DNA of 64,000 nucleotides, from NCBI GenBank assembly GCA_040285825.1, contig JAUPSS010000010.1, positions 496,001 through 560,000 on the forward strand, given 5' to 3'. The DNA comes from Eukaryota sp. TZLM1-RC. Its lineage: Eukaryota > Protista > Metamonada: BaSk clade. Positions 1-12,010 of the stretch are shown one piece after another. Numbering within the stretch: the first letter of the stretch is position 1; the number at the start of each line of letters is the position of its first letter. The position numbers and the translations under genes are program-made. A model generated the notes under the pieces. That model did no database searches. It was given only the letters and a program-made list of their open reading frames with translations, and was not told the origin of the DNA.

Positions 1-2388
1 ACATCTGAAGCTACTCTGAGGTAGTGACGAATGCATTCACTTCCGGATTGGAGAATTTGAGGGTCATTTGTGACTAGCATCAACTGGCAAAGTCTTGGAT
101 ACACAGTTTGAAATATTACACCTGGCAAATTTTGGGAAGTTTGTCGAGGTTGTAGGAAAGAAGAGATCAAGTCAATGCAAGTCTGAAGCGTCACGTCATC
201 AGTTGCGGAATTTTCAAGACTTTTCGTCACTTCCGGTAGTATATTGGTCATGATGAGATTCCCGGTTTCCTCATTTTTACAAGATAACGTTAAACAATCA
301 ATTATTCCAACAATCAGCAATGGATCAGATGGGAATTTTGTCCAGAGATCCATACACGCAGAGGTAATAAGGGTAGCAACGCTTGTTAAATATTGGGTCT
401 CTGAAAACAAAGAAATTAAATGTTGAAGACAATCGACACCTATGTGAAGGGCATCTGAACTTTCTTTTGCACAAGATAAAAACTTTAATATAGTCACAAA
501 CATATCGTTCAATTGACTTCCAAAGACTTTGATTACCCCTTTTGATGGTTTGTTTCCAGTGTCCTTTTCACCAGCCATCAAGTCCAAGTCTTGTACGGCT
601 TCCAAGAACTTCACTAGTGAACCTAGCGATAGACCAGTTATTAAAGGTGGTGTGCTTGGGTTTAGGCAATTTTTAATTCTAGAGGCTATTTCGGGGATAG
701 AACTAGTTGGGAGAAACTTTATGCTCTCAGACAGACATGATAAAGCGCAAATTTGGAGAAAAGGGAGAGCATTTGATGACGTTTGCAGCTCAAAAGTCGA
801 CCCCAAAGCATTGACAAAGCCAGACCAATCAAAATCTTTAGGAATCTCCGAGACTGCTGGTAAAATGCAAGAAAACCCACAAAAAACAGATTCCATCAAG
901 ACAATCCAAGAAAAATCTTCTGAACGACCTCTCAACTCTTGACTCTGTCCAAACAACTTCCCAGCAACTAATGTAAACTGTTTAAAACATGTAGTTGGAA
1001 GGTTATCTGCCAAACGAGCCATGAAAAGCTTTGCACTGATGCGAATGGTAAAATCAAATGTAGTTTCATCCTCCGAAGCATAATATTTGTCTAGGGAGAT
1101 AGACCAATCTATAACGGACTGTCTATCCATTCTGAGTAACAATAAAGTAATCTCAATCAGCTCAAAAAGTTTTGATTTGATTGATTTTCTGATTGATTTG
1201 GAAACGAGTATTGAAGCGTTGAAAAATGTCTGACATGAGTCAATCAAAGTCAACAGATTTTGAGCTTCTCCTTCAGGATCTTTAAGACTAGTATTGACTT
1301 CGAAAATTTCGGTTGGGTTGATGTAAAAAGCTTCATATAAAGAATTACATTTTCTGTAAATGAGCAAGATAGAATCAATGACAGAAGAAATCATGTTGGC
1401 CTGGACTAATTCCTTTGAAAATAACTGCACAATGACTGTCATAATTTTGATTGATTGAATCAAAGGTGCCAAACTTCCCCTTTCGACAGAGGAAAGTATC
1501 ACGTCAACTGATTGATTGGGATCAATTAAATTAGATTGAAGAATTTTTCCCAACAACTCCAGCCACGGTATAATCAAAGGTGCAATAATCTGCTGAATTT
1601 TTGGTGATCTCTTTTCGTCGACTGACACGTAGTGTGACGTGTCATCCTGGACGAAATAAGAGGCAACCGTCAACAACGAATTCAAAGCAGACAGCACATA
1701 CAAGCAGAATTCCAGGTCTAGTTCAGATGTAAATGACAATCGAGGCTTGATGACGTCATGCAGTGCTGGCATTAAGACTCCCAAAACCGTAGTAATCTTG
1801 TTATCAGCGACATCACCAGCGATAGATGAAGTGACCATAGCAAACCCATGGGCGAGGTAGTGAAGCTGTTCACTAGTGAGGGAGAGAAGAGATGTGGTTT
1901 GGAAGGCTTCACAGAGTTCAGCAGGTAGGGGTTGAGTTGATGTTTGAGGAGAGAGGCCATGGGCTAAGATGGAAGGAACAGAAGGCCAGATCTCAGGATA
2001 TTCGAGGGAGATCACACGTGAAAGAGAGCGTGCGACATTGGTGCGAAGGATGGTGTTTGGGGAAGCTATGGATCGGATGAGAGAGATGCGGATGAAAGAC
2101 TTGTGCGTTTCGGGGATAGCGGGAGGGAGGAAATTGTTAACAGCAGAGTCATAGTGTGTAGATAGAGTTTTATGAAGTTGGACAGCTGCTGCGACTCGGT
2201 GGTTGATATCAATGGATGTGTTTTCCACAATTTTACAAAGGGCTAAGGCGAAAGCTAAGGTAAAGGGCGTGGCTCACCATACCATCGTTAGTTTTATCAA
2301 GATTGAGGATGGATTCTTCAGCTTGCTGGTGAGAGGAAGGGTCTAAAGAGGCTGTTATCACAGAATAGACGTGTTCTTCAAAACTCAT
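1..2388 (-). CDS. IPO9: Importin-9-like karyopherin-beta (3' end runs off window); 28-nt intron 2255-2282
   Basis: ATG at 2388 (MSFEEHVYSVITASLDP...QAEESI). Removing the GT..AG intron gives HRVAAAVQLHKTLSTHY...PPAIPETHKSFIR...LRTNVARSLSRVISLEYPEIWP, matching the importin N-terminal domain of IPO9/Kap114. Absent from the ORF track, consistent with a frame open to the window edge. Confidence 0.75.
2255..2282 (-). other. 28-nt spliceosomal intron
   Basis: GTATGGTGAGCCACGCCCTTTACCTTAG; removal joins exon 1 to the long importin frame. Confidence 0.8.
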
Positions 2389-3759
2389 AAATTAAAGGCT
2401 TTAAGGAGAAGAGAGGGTTTAAATTTGATTCAATTAATTATTTGATCAATTATTTATATTTTCTACCAAAAACGCTAAATGCATGTCAATTTTAATTAAT
2501 TATTGACAAATATTTTGTGAAAATCACCACCTGACTGATAAAAAATCACTTCCCTCTCTGGGTGTCCTACCGTTTTTCGAGCTCATTAATTTCTCAATGA
2601 TGTTGTGTCAGTAAATGTATCAGTATCACTAATCCATTGAAATCCGGACTTCAATTTTCTTTTTTTTCTCTAAGGAAATAGCTAGTTGTTGTTCAATTAT
2701 TGCGATTTCTTTTCTCAAACTATTTTTATTAATTTAAAAAAAAGAAAAAAAATTAAGAATAAAGGAAAGATAATGTTTTCTTATGTTGACAGATCTGCAT
2801 GAATCTTGAACACTAGCACGATGACAACAACCATTAAAAGAATTATGGTTGAAACTAGAATGGTCTTGATTTCCATTATTTTGACTCCTAATTTCCTCAT
2901 TTTGATTTCAAAATATTACAAGTTCTTAAATTTCATCAATATAAAAGGAGCACGCCAGCTTTATAACCAACATGGCACACATCTCGTCCATGAACGTTCA
3001 AACACAGAGAAAGAATTACCATTAAAAGTGAAATACTTAAGAATTCAAAAGGGCGCAGTTGTGAATCGTTTGAGAAACTATCTTAATGTCAAAGAGAATC
3101 ACTCTGAAAATCACGAGTTTTTCTTCAGAGCTGTTTCTTCATTTGTAAATTAATAGAGGAATCAACCCAAAAAACGAAAAGTTATCTGCAAATTGATTCA
3201 TCAACAATTGATAGAATTTAGACCTTGTCCTGTTGTTGTCTCAATAACGATTCAAAGTGAAGGAAACTAGTCTTGATCTATGAGTTTGCATCTGGAATCA
3301 TATTCAGACGGTAGGTTTCCACTAAAAATCAAACGCTAGCGTCTTGAATCGTCTTTGGCCAATGTTCACTTCTTCCGAAGAAATAAAATAGTCTTGTTTC
3401 TATTTGATTTTTTTGCTATATTTTTTATTTCTAGATTGTTGAAATAAAAACTGAAATTCTCTCTTGGAGTTGAGGTCAGTATTTCTAGAATTGTTGCTAT
3501 CAAATTTTGTTACAGACGGAACCCAGAGAGATGTCGCCTCAAAAACCATCATGAAAATGATTGTCTTTAGGATGAGTGTGTTTTTGATATATTATTATTT
3601 TTTGTGTTTGAAATGAATTAAAGAAAAATAACTTATTCTTTAGGAAGTAGATTTTCCTTTTCGTTTAACAATGCAGTTGCAGTATATTGTTGACCACATT
3701 ACTTATTCTAAAGTCTTAAATGAAGAGCTCTCCTTGGTCATCAGCAACAACACACTTCG

Positions 3760-4530
3760 TTGCTCAAGAAATTGCCGATTCATATCAAAATATTGGGCTT
3801 CATCTTAATGCGAGCAAATGCCTTCTAATTGGTTTTTCTCCTCAAAATCTTGTGATAAATGATAAATGATTCAGTTGTCCCTTTTACTAGTGATGCTCTT
3901 AAATTTCTTGGTTGCTGGTTAGGAAAACTATAATTAATTATTTATTTAATGTTTATTATTTAATATTGTACGTGCACGTCCCATAGAATTGAATCTCTTT
4001 TGGATCCTATGTTGTCAAATTTGTTTGATGCTAAAGATGATTTCCATAAGAATAACACAGGTGATGTTTAGATGGAACCCTCATCTGAGTGGATGTATTG
4101 TCTGTTGATCCTTGTAATGTCTCAAATGAAAGGCTTGTTTAATCCGAAATTGATAATCGTTTTTCAAATGCTGAAAAATTCAAAATCAAAAAATACAGTG
4201 AACCATTGTCCAAATTGTCTACCAACAGCATGCAAAATACAATTTGTATCCATTTGTATTTTCACTTTTTGGTTCACTTGCTTCACCTCTTTTACGTTTT
4301 TTGGCAGATTTTAAAATAATTTTGAAGAAAAAAACAAAAAAAAATTAACAAATTGTTTTGGCAAAATATAATTGTGTTTTTTGTGTTTAGGGGAAGTTGA
4401 AGATCGTTTCTGATGCTTTGTTTGTTCTTGCATCTAACTATGTCAAAGTTGCATCTAGTTGTTTTGTTTTGGGAGAGATTGATTATTAAGATGTTGATTT
4501 TTATGTTGTTCAGTAATAATAAATAAATTT
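3760..4530 (+). pseudogene. Degraded non-LTR family A fragments (RT part and 3' end)
   Basis: Nucleotide similarity to 34420-34590 and 37625-37950; stops and indels; AATAAA tail. Confidence 0.8.
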
Positions 4531-4599
4531 ATATACAATAATTTGTGCTCGAAGACTAATTTTTTTAATTATATTTTGAATTCGATGTTTGAAGATGAT

Positions 4600-5565
4600 C
4601 ATGTTTGAAGCCATGTATTTTCATCATCTAGCTTTGGTGAAAATATTTTTACTAAATCGTCTGATCTCTGTCTGCAGGGAAAAATTTTGTTTTTGAATTT
4701 TACAATCGTTTTCCAAATGATGTTAATTTATTGAAATCCACAAGCACTAATTATTTAAGGGACCTTGAAAATGCCCTTGATTGTTTGCCTCCTGAAATCC
4801 AGAGTAAATACTTTCCCGATAATGTGCAGGAAATACCACCTAGAACGCTAGTTAATTTGACGTATTGTGTTAAAAAATTGCAACAAAAATTAACAATATT
4901 TTTTGAAGGCTTGAATTTAATGTTCGTCTTGGCTCGGCCAAAACTGATAATCCCGTTGTCGCAAATTTTTTGATGGATGCTCAAAATAATTCTTCATAAT
5001 GTTTAATTTCTCAAATTGCTCAAATTTATGGTCTTCTTTTAGATGATACCGAATTTTCATGTACAATGCGCCCTCGACGTTTTAGTTGGAACAATAACGT
5101 TCGTCATTATTTTGTTTACAAATGGGCATCAAAAATTTCTCCAAAACATTTGTATAATTGTAACTATGCTATTACTGTCCGATCAAAAGTTCACAATGCA
5201 GTTAGAAATCAGCTCTATTGTAATTCTAAGTCTCATAAAATTGTCTTCTATTTGGAACCATGACTCTCTCGTTTGGTTGATGAGGCCAATTTGAATTCAT
5301 TTGGTCGAAATAGAGGTGATTTAATGTTTGCAAGACTTGAAGGGACCACTATCATTACTGATGTGAGATTACTGATGTGTGTCATAGTTCTTTCATACCA
5401 TTAGTTCAGTCAAAACACAAGAATCCGCTGTCTGTTGCCGAGAATTCTAAAAATGATAAATATAAAGCACAGTTGGTTCCTTTGAATGCTGAATCTCACA
5501 CTCATTATGTTTTTTGTCCATTTGCCTTTTCCTTACTTTGTACGCTTGAACCACTTGCTCTATCT
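4600..5565 (+). mobile_element. Non-LTR family G, 5' half of a split copy (thumb/RLE region, degraded)
   Basis: CVKKLQQKL, RSKVHNAVRNQ, RGD, KYKAQL...HYVFCPFAFS...PLALS; continues at 10253. Confidence 0.8.
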
Positions 5566-6172
5566 AGCTAGAGCTATCTGAGCTGGATCCTCAACATTGC
5601 CTCTAGTTTCTTTTAGAACTCGATCCGTACGGCTCCAGAGAATGAATTTGTTGACAAACTTAAGGAGTTTATCAGCATTTCTCAAATCAGCAGCTTCAAG
5701 GTATGGGCGTTTGGGACGGTTCCCTCGTCTATCGTCTCGGTCTCTTGATCCGATCATAGAAGAAAGGAGAAGGCTACTATCGTAAGTGCCCGAGAATGGT
5801 GATTGATGAGAAGAAGTTGTTGAGACAGAGCCTATCGTAGAAGGAGTAGGTTGTTGAAGAGGGACTCGACTGACAGGGGTGATGGGGGCGGGAACCGCAT
5901 CAGCTGATGTGGTAGGAGTAGGTGACTCGCTACTCACAGTGATGACCTAGTCGTCGGCTTGATCCATGGCAGGTTGTTGAGGTATCCATAGGAGGAACTA
6001 CACCAGTTTCCATAGGAGGTTGTGTTGATTCCATGGGTTGTCCTGGGGAAGCTGGAACTTCACTTTGATGAGGTTCAGGAGAAGGTTCAGTTTCTTCAAT
6101 CTGGGCTGGAACCTGATGTGAAGAGATCGCTGGTCGAACCAAGCGTGTCTTTTTAATGCGACCTTCTACCAT
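5566..6172 (-). pseudogene. Probable truncated gag-like remnant of an LTR element
   Basis: GC-richer Ser/Pro-rich frames ending PYLEAADLRNADKLLKFVNKF, weakly like the gag N-terminus of the gypsy element here (PYLQHTGREAISQYVEALKVY); frameshifted and truncated. Confidence 0.4.
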
Positions 6173-6678
6173 GACTAGGGTTGGGCAAAAGTCAACGTAC
6201 GAACACTAAACTACAAAGTACTTCAGTTGCACTAAAACTACATTATACACATCATTTTGGAAAAATGACAAAGTAGTTCTTCTTCTTCTTAATAAATATT
6301 CATCTCTTGGAGAAACCTGTTCTCAACTCTTGGCTTTTTGATCACAGGTTTGAAAAGTTCTCTTTTAGGGGGCTCATTCTCTGTGGATGAGGTTTTGAGG
6401 TGTCTTTCTTGTTTGCTGGCCAAACTGTCTAGTTTTTCTCTCCATGTAGCAGAGGCATTGCTTTCACCTTCCAATGTATTTTTGACTCTGAGATCCTGTC
6501 CAATAATAATAATTTATTATTTCTGGTTCCTGTTTCTCTTCTGGCAACTTTTCTGAATCTTTAGTAATTAATTGTTTTGATGTAAGAGTTGTGTATTGGA
6601 TTGTTCCATTTCTATTCGTTGTTTAATGAAAAAACAAATATTACGTATATCAAAGCAGAACAGGAGTACAGCAAAAAA

Positions 6679-7359
6679 CTAAACACTATTGAGGACCTTA
6701 AATAAATAGTTATAATCATTTGAAAAACGACCAAAAGCAGTGGAACAATGATGTTGAGGTTTGTTGCATGAACCGGGTTGATAACCACCCCCATGAATAC
6801 CAGCAAGAGAATTGAACATAGAGCTTGCAGCATTCTGATCATTGATGAAGGCCATCGCTCTCATGAGAACATTATATCTTTGAGGTAAGATGTAATAAGG
6901 ACCATGTTTGATATAAAAGTAGGCAAAGGTTTCTTGTTCTGAACTTCTGAGCACTGTCGCTCCTTCACAAAAATAATGCCATCCATTATAATCTCTTAAC
7001 AGAGCTTGCCAAAAACTAATATAATCATCACCATAACCAGGTGATAGGACAAGAAAACCACCATTGAGGAAAGTTGCTGGATTACCGCCTGGCACTGCAA
7101 GTAATGATTCAGGGGAAACAGGAACATCAAAAAGATGGTCCAAAGACTGATAGATAAAATAATCCCAATCCAAGCTGATAAGACGTTGAACAGGTGCTCC
7201 AGGAACATACATACCATGGTCCATGACCCATTTCAGCATTCTGGATTCTATGCATCCAGGGAACACTGTGACGAGCTGGAGAGCTCTTTGAAGATTACCA
7301 GATCTTCTATGGTCAGGACCACAATATGACGCTATCTGGTCAGGACGTCTATCATACAA
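6679..7359 (-). pseudogene. Glycosyltransferase family 8 (glycogenin-like) domain, 5'-truncated or chimeric
   Basis: RLISLDWD (DxD), LDHLF, LNGGFLVLSP, EQET, LPQRYN, IH..G...KP motifs in GT8 order; TTG start and no normal N-terminus. Confidence 0.65.
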
Positions 7360-7503
7360 AAGAGTCTTTCACCATATGTGGTTTCAGTGAACCACCACCC
7401 TGTTCTATAATCTCTGTCGATAAGGATATCGAGAGAGGCATTGTACCCATGGCTGAACCTAGGGTATGGACAAGGGTTATAGACGTTTATGAAGAGGTTG
7501 TCT

Positions 7504-8889
7504 TCATCTTTCAGCGAAGCGTCTGAATACTCCCTCTCTTGTTGTTCTCCTGAACCTTACTCCGGGTCTGGGGTCGTGAGTAGGTTCGGGGTCAATTATA
7601 GAGGTTTCTGGAGTGATCCTTTCATCGGCAAGAAATGGACCAATTCTGGGATTAATCCATAATCCTAAGTCGTTCTCGACTCTAGGACCGTAGAAAGGAG
7701 GACGTTTGTTGCTCATCTCCGTGGGAGGGATGGCTTCTGGGTCCTCTGGAATGACCTGTGGATCCCTATCACGTCCATAAGGATTGTGCTGACGGGAAGC
7801 ACCGTGATGAACATTAGAGCTAGCTTGGAAGCTAGATTGGGTGGGAGTGGATTGAGCAGGTGTAGAGGATGTTCCTCTTCTAGCTTGAATCATCATGTCA
7901 AGTCTATCTCTGTGTCTCCAGTTGCGTTCCTCTCTAAGATAACGCTCTAAATATTCTTTAGAGACCTCACCAGTAACTCTGTCAATTTCAGATGGAGGTG
8001 CCGTAGGAGGAATTTGAGGTTGAGGTAGAGGGGAGAATTCCTTGGAAGGTTCCTCGTAATCAACCAAATCTGAAAAGATTTGTTCGTACCTTTTCCTTTG
8101 TTCTTCAGAAAGATACGGAAGGTTCGAAGTGCTAGGAGTGGAAACTCTAGCCTGGGGAGGGGAAACAGACAGGTGATTAACTCCACTTACTGCTGTTGAA
8201 GTGAGAGGAGATCCTGAAGCTGAAACAACAGGATTTTGACTTGAACTTCTTCCAGGTGGAACTGAAGGAAGTTGGTGAGAGGGTGGAACCTCAGATTCAG
8301 AATGAGAAACTGAAGTTGGGACTTCAGAATCCTTTTGAGAAGAAGGAGGTTGAACTCCAGTCCCTTCTTTAGTAGCAAGGAGAGGTTGAACAGACTCTCT
8401 ACCTTGGATAGAAGGTGAAGATGGTACTTCAGAGCTTTTGAGAGGGTGGGGAGAAGGTGGAACTTCAGATTCCCTAAGAGAAGAAGGGGGATGAGCTTCG
8501 GACTCCTCAACGTCCTCGTCGCCATAGGAGACCAACGAAGGACTTCTTCCTTCCGAAGGAATGGTATCCTTAGAAGGGTTATTTCCTGTCGAAGGAGCAG
8601 AATCCTTAGGAGAAATGTCTCCTTCCACAGGAACAGTCTCCTGGGGAGGGGAGCCTCCTTCCATAGGAGCGGAATCCTCTGGAAGGGAACTGTCTTCCTT
8701 TGGGGTGGAACCCTCAGGAACAGAGTCTTCAGGAAGCACAGAAGCTTCAACTGAGGGAGGGAGCACGGGAGCTTGGTCTGCGGTTAGTTGAGAAGAAGAG
8801 GGACCAGTCTCTTCCTCAAGAATCCTGTGTTGAGCCACTGGGGACCCAATACGTATTGATGGTCTATGGCTAGGGTTATCGTGTGACAT
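7504..8889 (-). CDS. Ser/Pro/Glu-rich low-complexity protein, function unknown (possibly retroelement-derived)
   Basis: 461-aa ATG ORF with 12-aa repeats and SEVP[PST]S motifs; a shifted frame continues to about 7330. Confidence 0.5.
   Translation of the reverse strand: MSHDNPSHRPSIRIGSPVAQHRILEEETGPSSSQLTADQAPVLPPSVEASVLPEDSVPEGSTPKEDSSLPEDSAPMEGGSPPQETVPVEGDISPKDSAPSTGNNPSKDTIPSEGRSPSLVSYGDEDVEESEAHPPSSLRESEVPPSPHPLKSSEVPSSPSIQGRESVQPLLATKEGTGVQPPSSQKDSEVPTSVSHSESEVPPSHQLPSVPPGRSSSQNPVVSASGSPLTSTAVSGVNHLSVSPPQARVSTPSTSNLPYLSEEQRKRYEQIFSDLVDYEEPSKEFSPLPQPQIPPTAPPSEIDRVTGEVSKEYLERYLREERNWRHRDRLDMMIQARRGTSSTPAQSTPTQSSFQASSNVHHGASRQHNPYGRDRDPQVIPEDPEAIPPTEMSNKRPPFYGPRVENDLGLWINPRIGPFLADERITPETSIIDPEPTHDPRPGVRFRRTTREGVFRRFAER
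8551..8694. repeat. Four degenerate 36-bp coding repeats
   Basis: Units 8551-8586, 8587-8622, 8623-8658, 8659-8694 (e.g. PEDSAPMEGGSP, PKDSAPSTGNNP). Confidence 0.75.
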
Positions 8890-9272
8890 AGCTTGTGTAA
8901 ATGTAAAGTAATTTATTACGAAGAGGAATTGTATTCTCTCGTCTTATACTAAAAGGCGGAATTCTGTATATAACTAAATACTAAGCTATAAATACTATTC
9001 AAGACTAACAAACCCAGATTTTGTCAACAAAATAGACATAGAACACATGATTCAAACAAAAGCTTACATCAACTTACAATTGACCATTGCTTAGAGCACT
9101 ATTTGGCACTTAACAATAATTAAAGATGATTTATTGTGGTATTTACTAAAGACTCTCTTGCTATACAACAAACTTACTGGTGAGACTTGAACAACTTAGT
9201 AAGATTCAACAAATATGTGAATAAAAGCAAATTGTGAATGGAAAAAACAACCATTTTTGATTGAAACTTAAA

Positions 9273-10190
9273 TCACTTATTAACTGAACACAATTCATTT
9301 GTATAGACACCATAAATACCATCTTCCATGTACTTTTTCACCTTTTTTGGATCATCTATTGTATGAGTAAATGTCTTAATACCAAGTTTTGAAAGACCTT
9401 CCTTAAGTGGAGGGTATCTATCTGGAAAGAAAGTGACTGCAACTATTTCAGGGTTTTTTTCAACAAAATTTAGAACATCTTGGGGTTTGGCTTTAGGCAT
9501 CTTATAAAGTGTCAGGATTGCCTTTGTGAACCCCAATTTTTTAACAACTTCAAGGTCACGGAATTTGTACAGCTGGGGAATCACTCTATTCTGACAAGAA
9601 ATACCAGACTCATTCAAATAACTACAAATGATTGGCAGAACATCTCTGAGAGAATTTTTAGAATCAGTGATAAGTACCCAATCAGGAAACTGAATCATGA
9701 GGTCCACAAAACCTTTCATATCTAACTGAGTAAGCCCTGCCATATGAGCAGACATGAACTGCTTGTATGTACCAGCCTCATTAACACCAAAGAACTCACT
9801 GGGATCAATACCTACGGCTTTCCCCCGATGGTAGAGCACAAGCTCTTTGTCTGAGGTTAGGTGAAAGTCGGCCTCAAACTGTCTACACCCTTTGTAATAA
9901 TGGATGAGAAAAGCTTCCAGTGTATTTGTAATAGTGACGTCACCAATCTTCCCCAAAGCATGACAAATATATCGGTAAAGAGGAAGAGAAGTAGGTGGTT
10001 CAGTGGGTGACTCACTCTCCTTTTCTGAATCGAGCGCCTCCAATGACTCATGAAAATAAGACCTGGATTCAGGCAGTGTAGGAGAAGTAATGATAAGTTG
10101 TTTAGGAAGAAATAAGATACATATGAATGAAACCAACGACACAGTCAGTATCAGAAACACAGTTTTCCTAGTGAAGTGATGCAATTTCAT
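9273..10190 (-). CDS. Membrane-anchored glycerophosphodiester phosphodiesterase (GDPD-like), copy 1
   Basis: ATG 10190; N-terminal TM helix; HALG..TNTLEAF, FEADFHLTSD..LVLYH, ITDSK, THTIDD, GVYTN motifs. Confidence 0.85.
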   Translation of the reverse strand: MKLHHFTRKTVFLILTVSLVSFICILFLPKQLIITSPTLPESRSYFHESLEALDSEKESESPTEPPTSLPLYRYICHALGKIGDVTITNTLEAFLIHYYKGCRQFEADFHLTSDKELVLYHRGKAVGIDPSEFFGVNEAGTYKQFMSAHMAGLTQLDMKGFVDLMIQFPDWVLITDSKNSLRDVLPIICSYLNESGISCQNRVIPQLYKFRDLEVVKKLGFTKAILTLYKMPKAKPQDVLNFVEKNPEIVAVTFFPDRYPPLKEGLSKLGIKTFTHTIDDPKKVKKYMEDGIYGVYTNELCSVNK

Positions 10191-10252
10191 TAAACAATCA
10201 ATTGATGTTGAAAGTTCAAGTACAAGGAAAGAATACCACAAGATAAACACCT

Positions 10253-10520
10253 TCTTTCTTGGATGATTTTGTTGAAATTGTAAAACAACGTACAGGAAGA
10301 ATTTTTGACAAAACGTTTTTGCAGAACAGAATTGTATTTTCAATTTTGAAAGGTGTTGTCCCATTATTGTCTTCTGCTTTATTATCTCTTGGTTGCTTCT
10401 ATGAAGGAAATACTTCTAGTCGGTTTTTGTTGGCTGATTTGGGATATGAAGATTTAGAATTTTTATTTTTGTGTTTAGTTTTTGAAAGTAATAAATTAAT
10501 TGATTTGAAAGAAAAAGTTT
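10253..10520 (+). mobile_element. Non-LTR family G, 3' half of split copy
   Basis: SFLDDFVEIVKQRTGRIF...LGYEDLEF then AATAAA and A-rich tail; resumes the frame broken at 5565. Confidence 0.85.
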
Positions 10521-10737
10521 GAATATGTCAAATATGATCATAATTTGAGAAATAATTAACAGTAAATGTATTCCACTCTTTGATCAACAAGTTCGTAATT
10601 GACGACTTTCTGTTTGTGCACTCTTTTTGGTTGAGTCCATTGTGGTGTTTATCTTTTTTTTGAATACAAGAATACACGGTCTGGTCAGGTTAGTGGTCTT
10701 AATTAATTATTGTTAATTTATTAATTTAATTATTATA

Positions 10738-10825
10738 CTCATTATGTCCTCTGTCCATTTGCAGTTTCCGTTCATGGTACGCTTGGACCTCTTGCTTTGT
10801 CTTTTCTGGATGATTTTGTTGAACT
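10738..10825 (+). pseudogene. Short family G RLE fragment
   Basis: HYVLCPFAVSVHGTLGPLALSFLDDFVE, close to 25981-26065. Confidence 0.8.
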
Positions 10826-12010
10826 TTTCAAACAATTTTTTGGTAATTTCATCATTATTTCCTAAAAACGAACCCAAATGACGAATAGCATCAATTGAAT
10901 ATAATTTGGCTTGAATTTCAATACCATCAACTATTGTGGAAACTGGAGAATTCGATAACAAAACACATTTAAGTAAATTAAGTCGGAGACCAATTTTGGT
11001 AAATAATTCTTTAAAACATACAGTTGCTTGTTTCACAATATTTAAATCATCAATAAGCACAACATCATCCATATATGCAATCATTTTTAGTGAAGAAAAC
11101 ATCTCTTGAATTTGCAGTAAAATAGGATGAATGGCCAAACAAAACAAAAGAGGCCCTAACGGATCTCCTTGCTTTACACCACTTGATGAACTCAAAATGT
11201 TGTTACCAAAATGTAAATTAGAATACGTGCAATATGTTGATTGAAAATACGGTATTAATTCCGGCATATATTGCAATAGAGCACCATGGATACTGCGACG
11301 ACTTAGTGAATTGAAAGCATTACTAAAATCCAATGACATACAAACATTGGATTCATTTTGGCGAAATAAAACATCAGTAGGAAATATCGCTGAAGAGACT
11401 GGATCTGTGGTATTAATACCATATTGAAAGGGTAATATAATTTTTTTTGCTTTCTCATTGAACCTGCTTAAGCAACACGCAGAAAAGATATTTTGTAAGC
11501 TCTCAAAGACTGCAATAGGACGAACATCCATTTTTGAATTTTTGACAAGTGCAGTCAAACGAGAACTTCTTAATTCTTCTGGGTATTTGAGTTGACCAGA
11601 TAATATTTTGTTGAAAAATTTGGTCAATAAACCAAGACAATCTTCTGAAGAAATAATCGCGGCTTTTACATGATCAATAGTAATACCAGAAAGTCCGGCA
11701 GACTTACCGCGTGGTCTCTTTTTGATCACCGAAAAAACTTCTGATGGCATCAATGGATAATTTTCCCAGTATGTGCCATAAAAATTTTGATCCATTATAG
11801 GGTCTTCATAAGGATGAAGTATTTTTAGTTTATCTATTGTATTTTCATTGTTGGGTGCTTTAACTTTGGGACTTAAAGCTGACAAAGCCTTGGACCATTT
11901 GTTGTCAAAGCATTTGTCTTCAAAAATTTTACTTAATTTCTCGGATGATTGATTTCTCGGTGCTATATTAGTTAAATCTTCGGAATTATTTACAATATTT
12001 TGTTCAAAAG
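10826..12010 (-). mobile_element. Non-LTR family D reverse transcriptase fragment
   Basis: GKSAGLSG, RPIAV, LDFSNAFNS, GVKQGDPLGP, AYMDD, HLGS; overlaps the + strand copy at 13011-13280 almost identically. Confidence 0.9.

Noticed and set aside
244-2154. Short ORFs listed in the track over the first 2.2 kb
   Set aside because: Shadow frames of the minus-strand importin gene.
2806-3500. 115-aa ORF and coding-like neighbouring sequence
   Set aside because: TTG start, no recognisable motif; possibly a decayed repeat but unsupported.
5560-5575. CTAG and TC at the left end of the 4.7-kb block as Helitron termini
   Set aside because: No matching opposite terminus, no subterminal hairpin, and the junction truncates an ORF.
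10191-10364. N-terminal extension of the GDPD ORF (also 61046-61120)
   Set aside because: Read-through into flanking and LINE sequence; true starts are probably 10190 and 61121.
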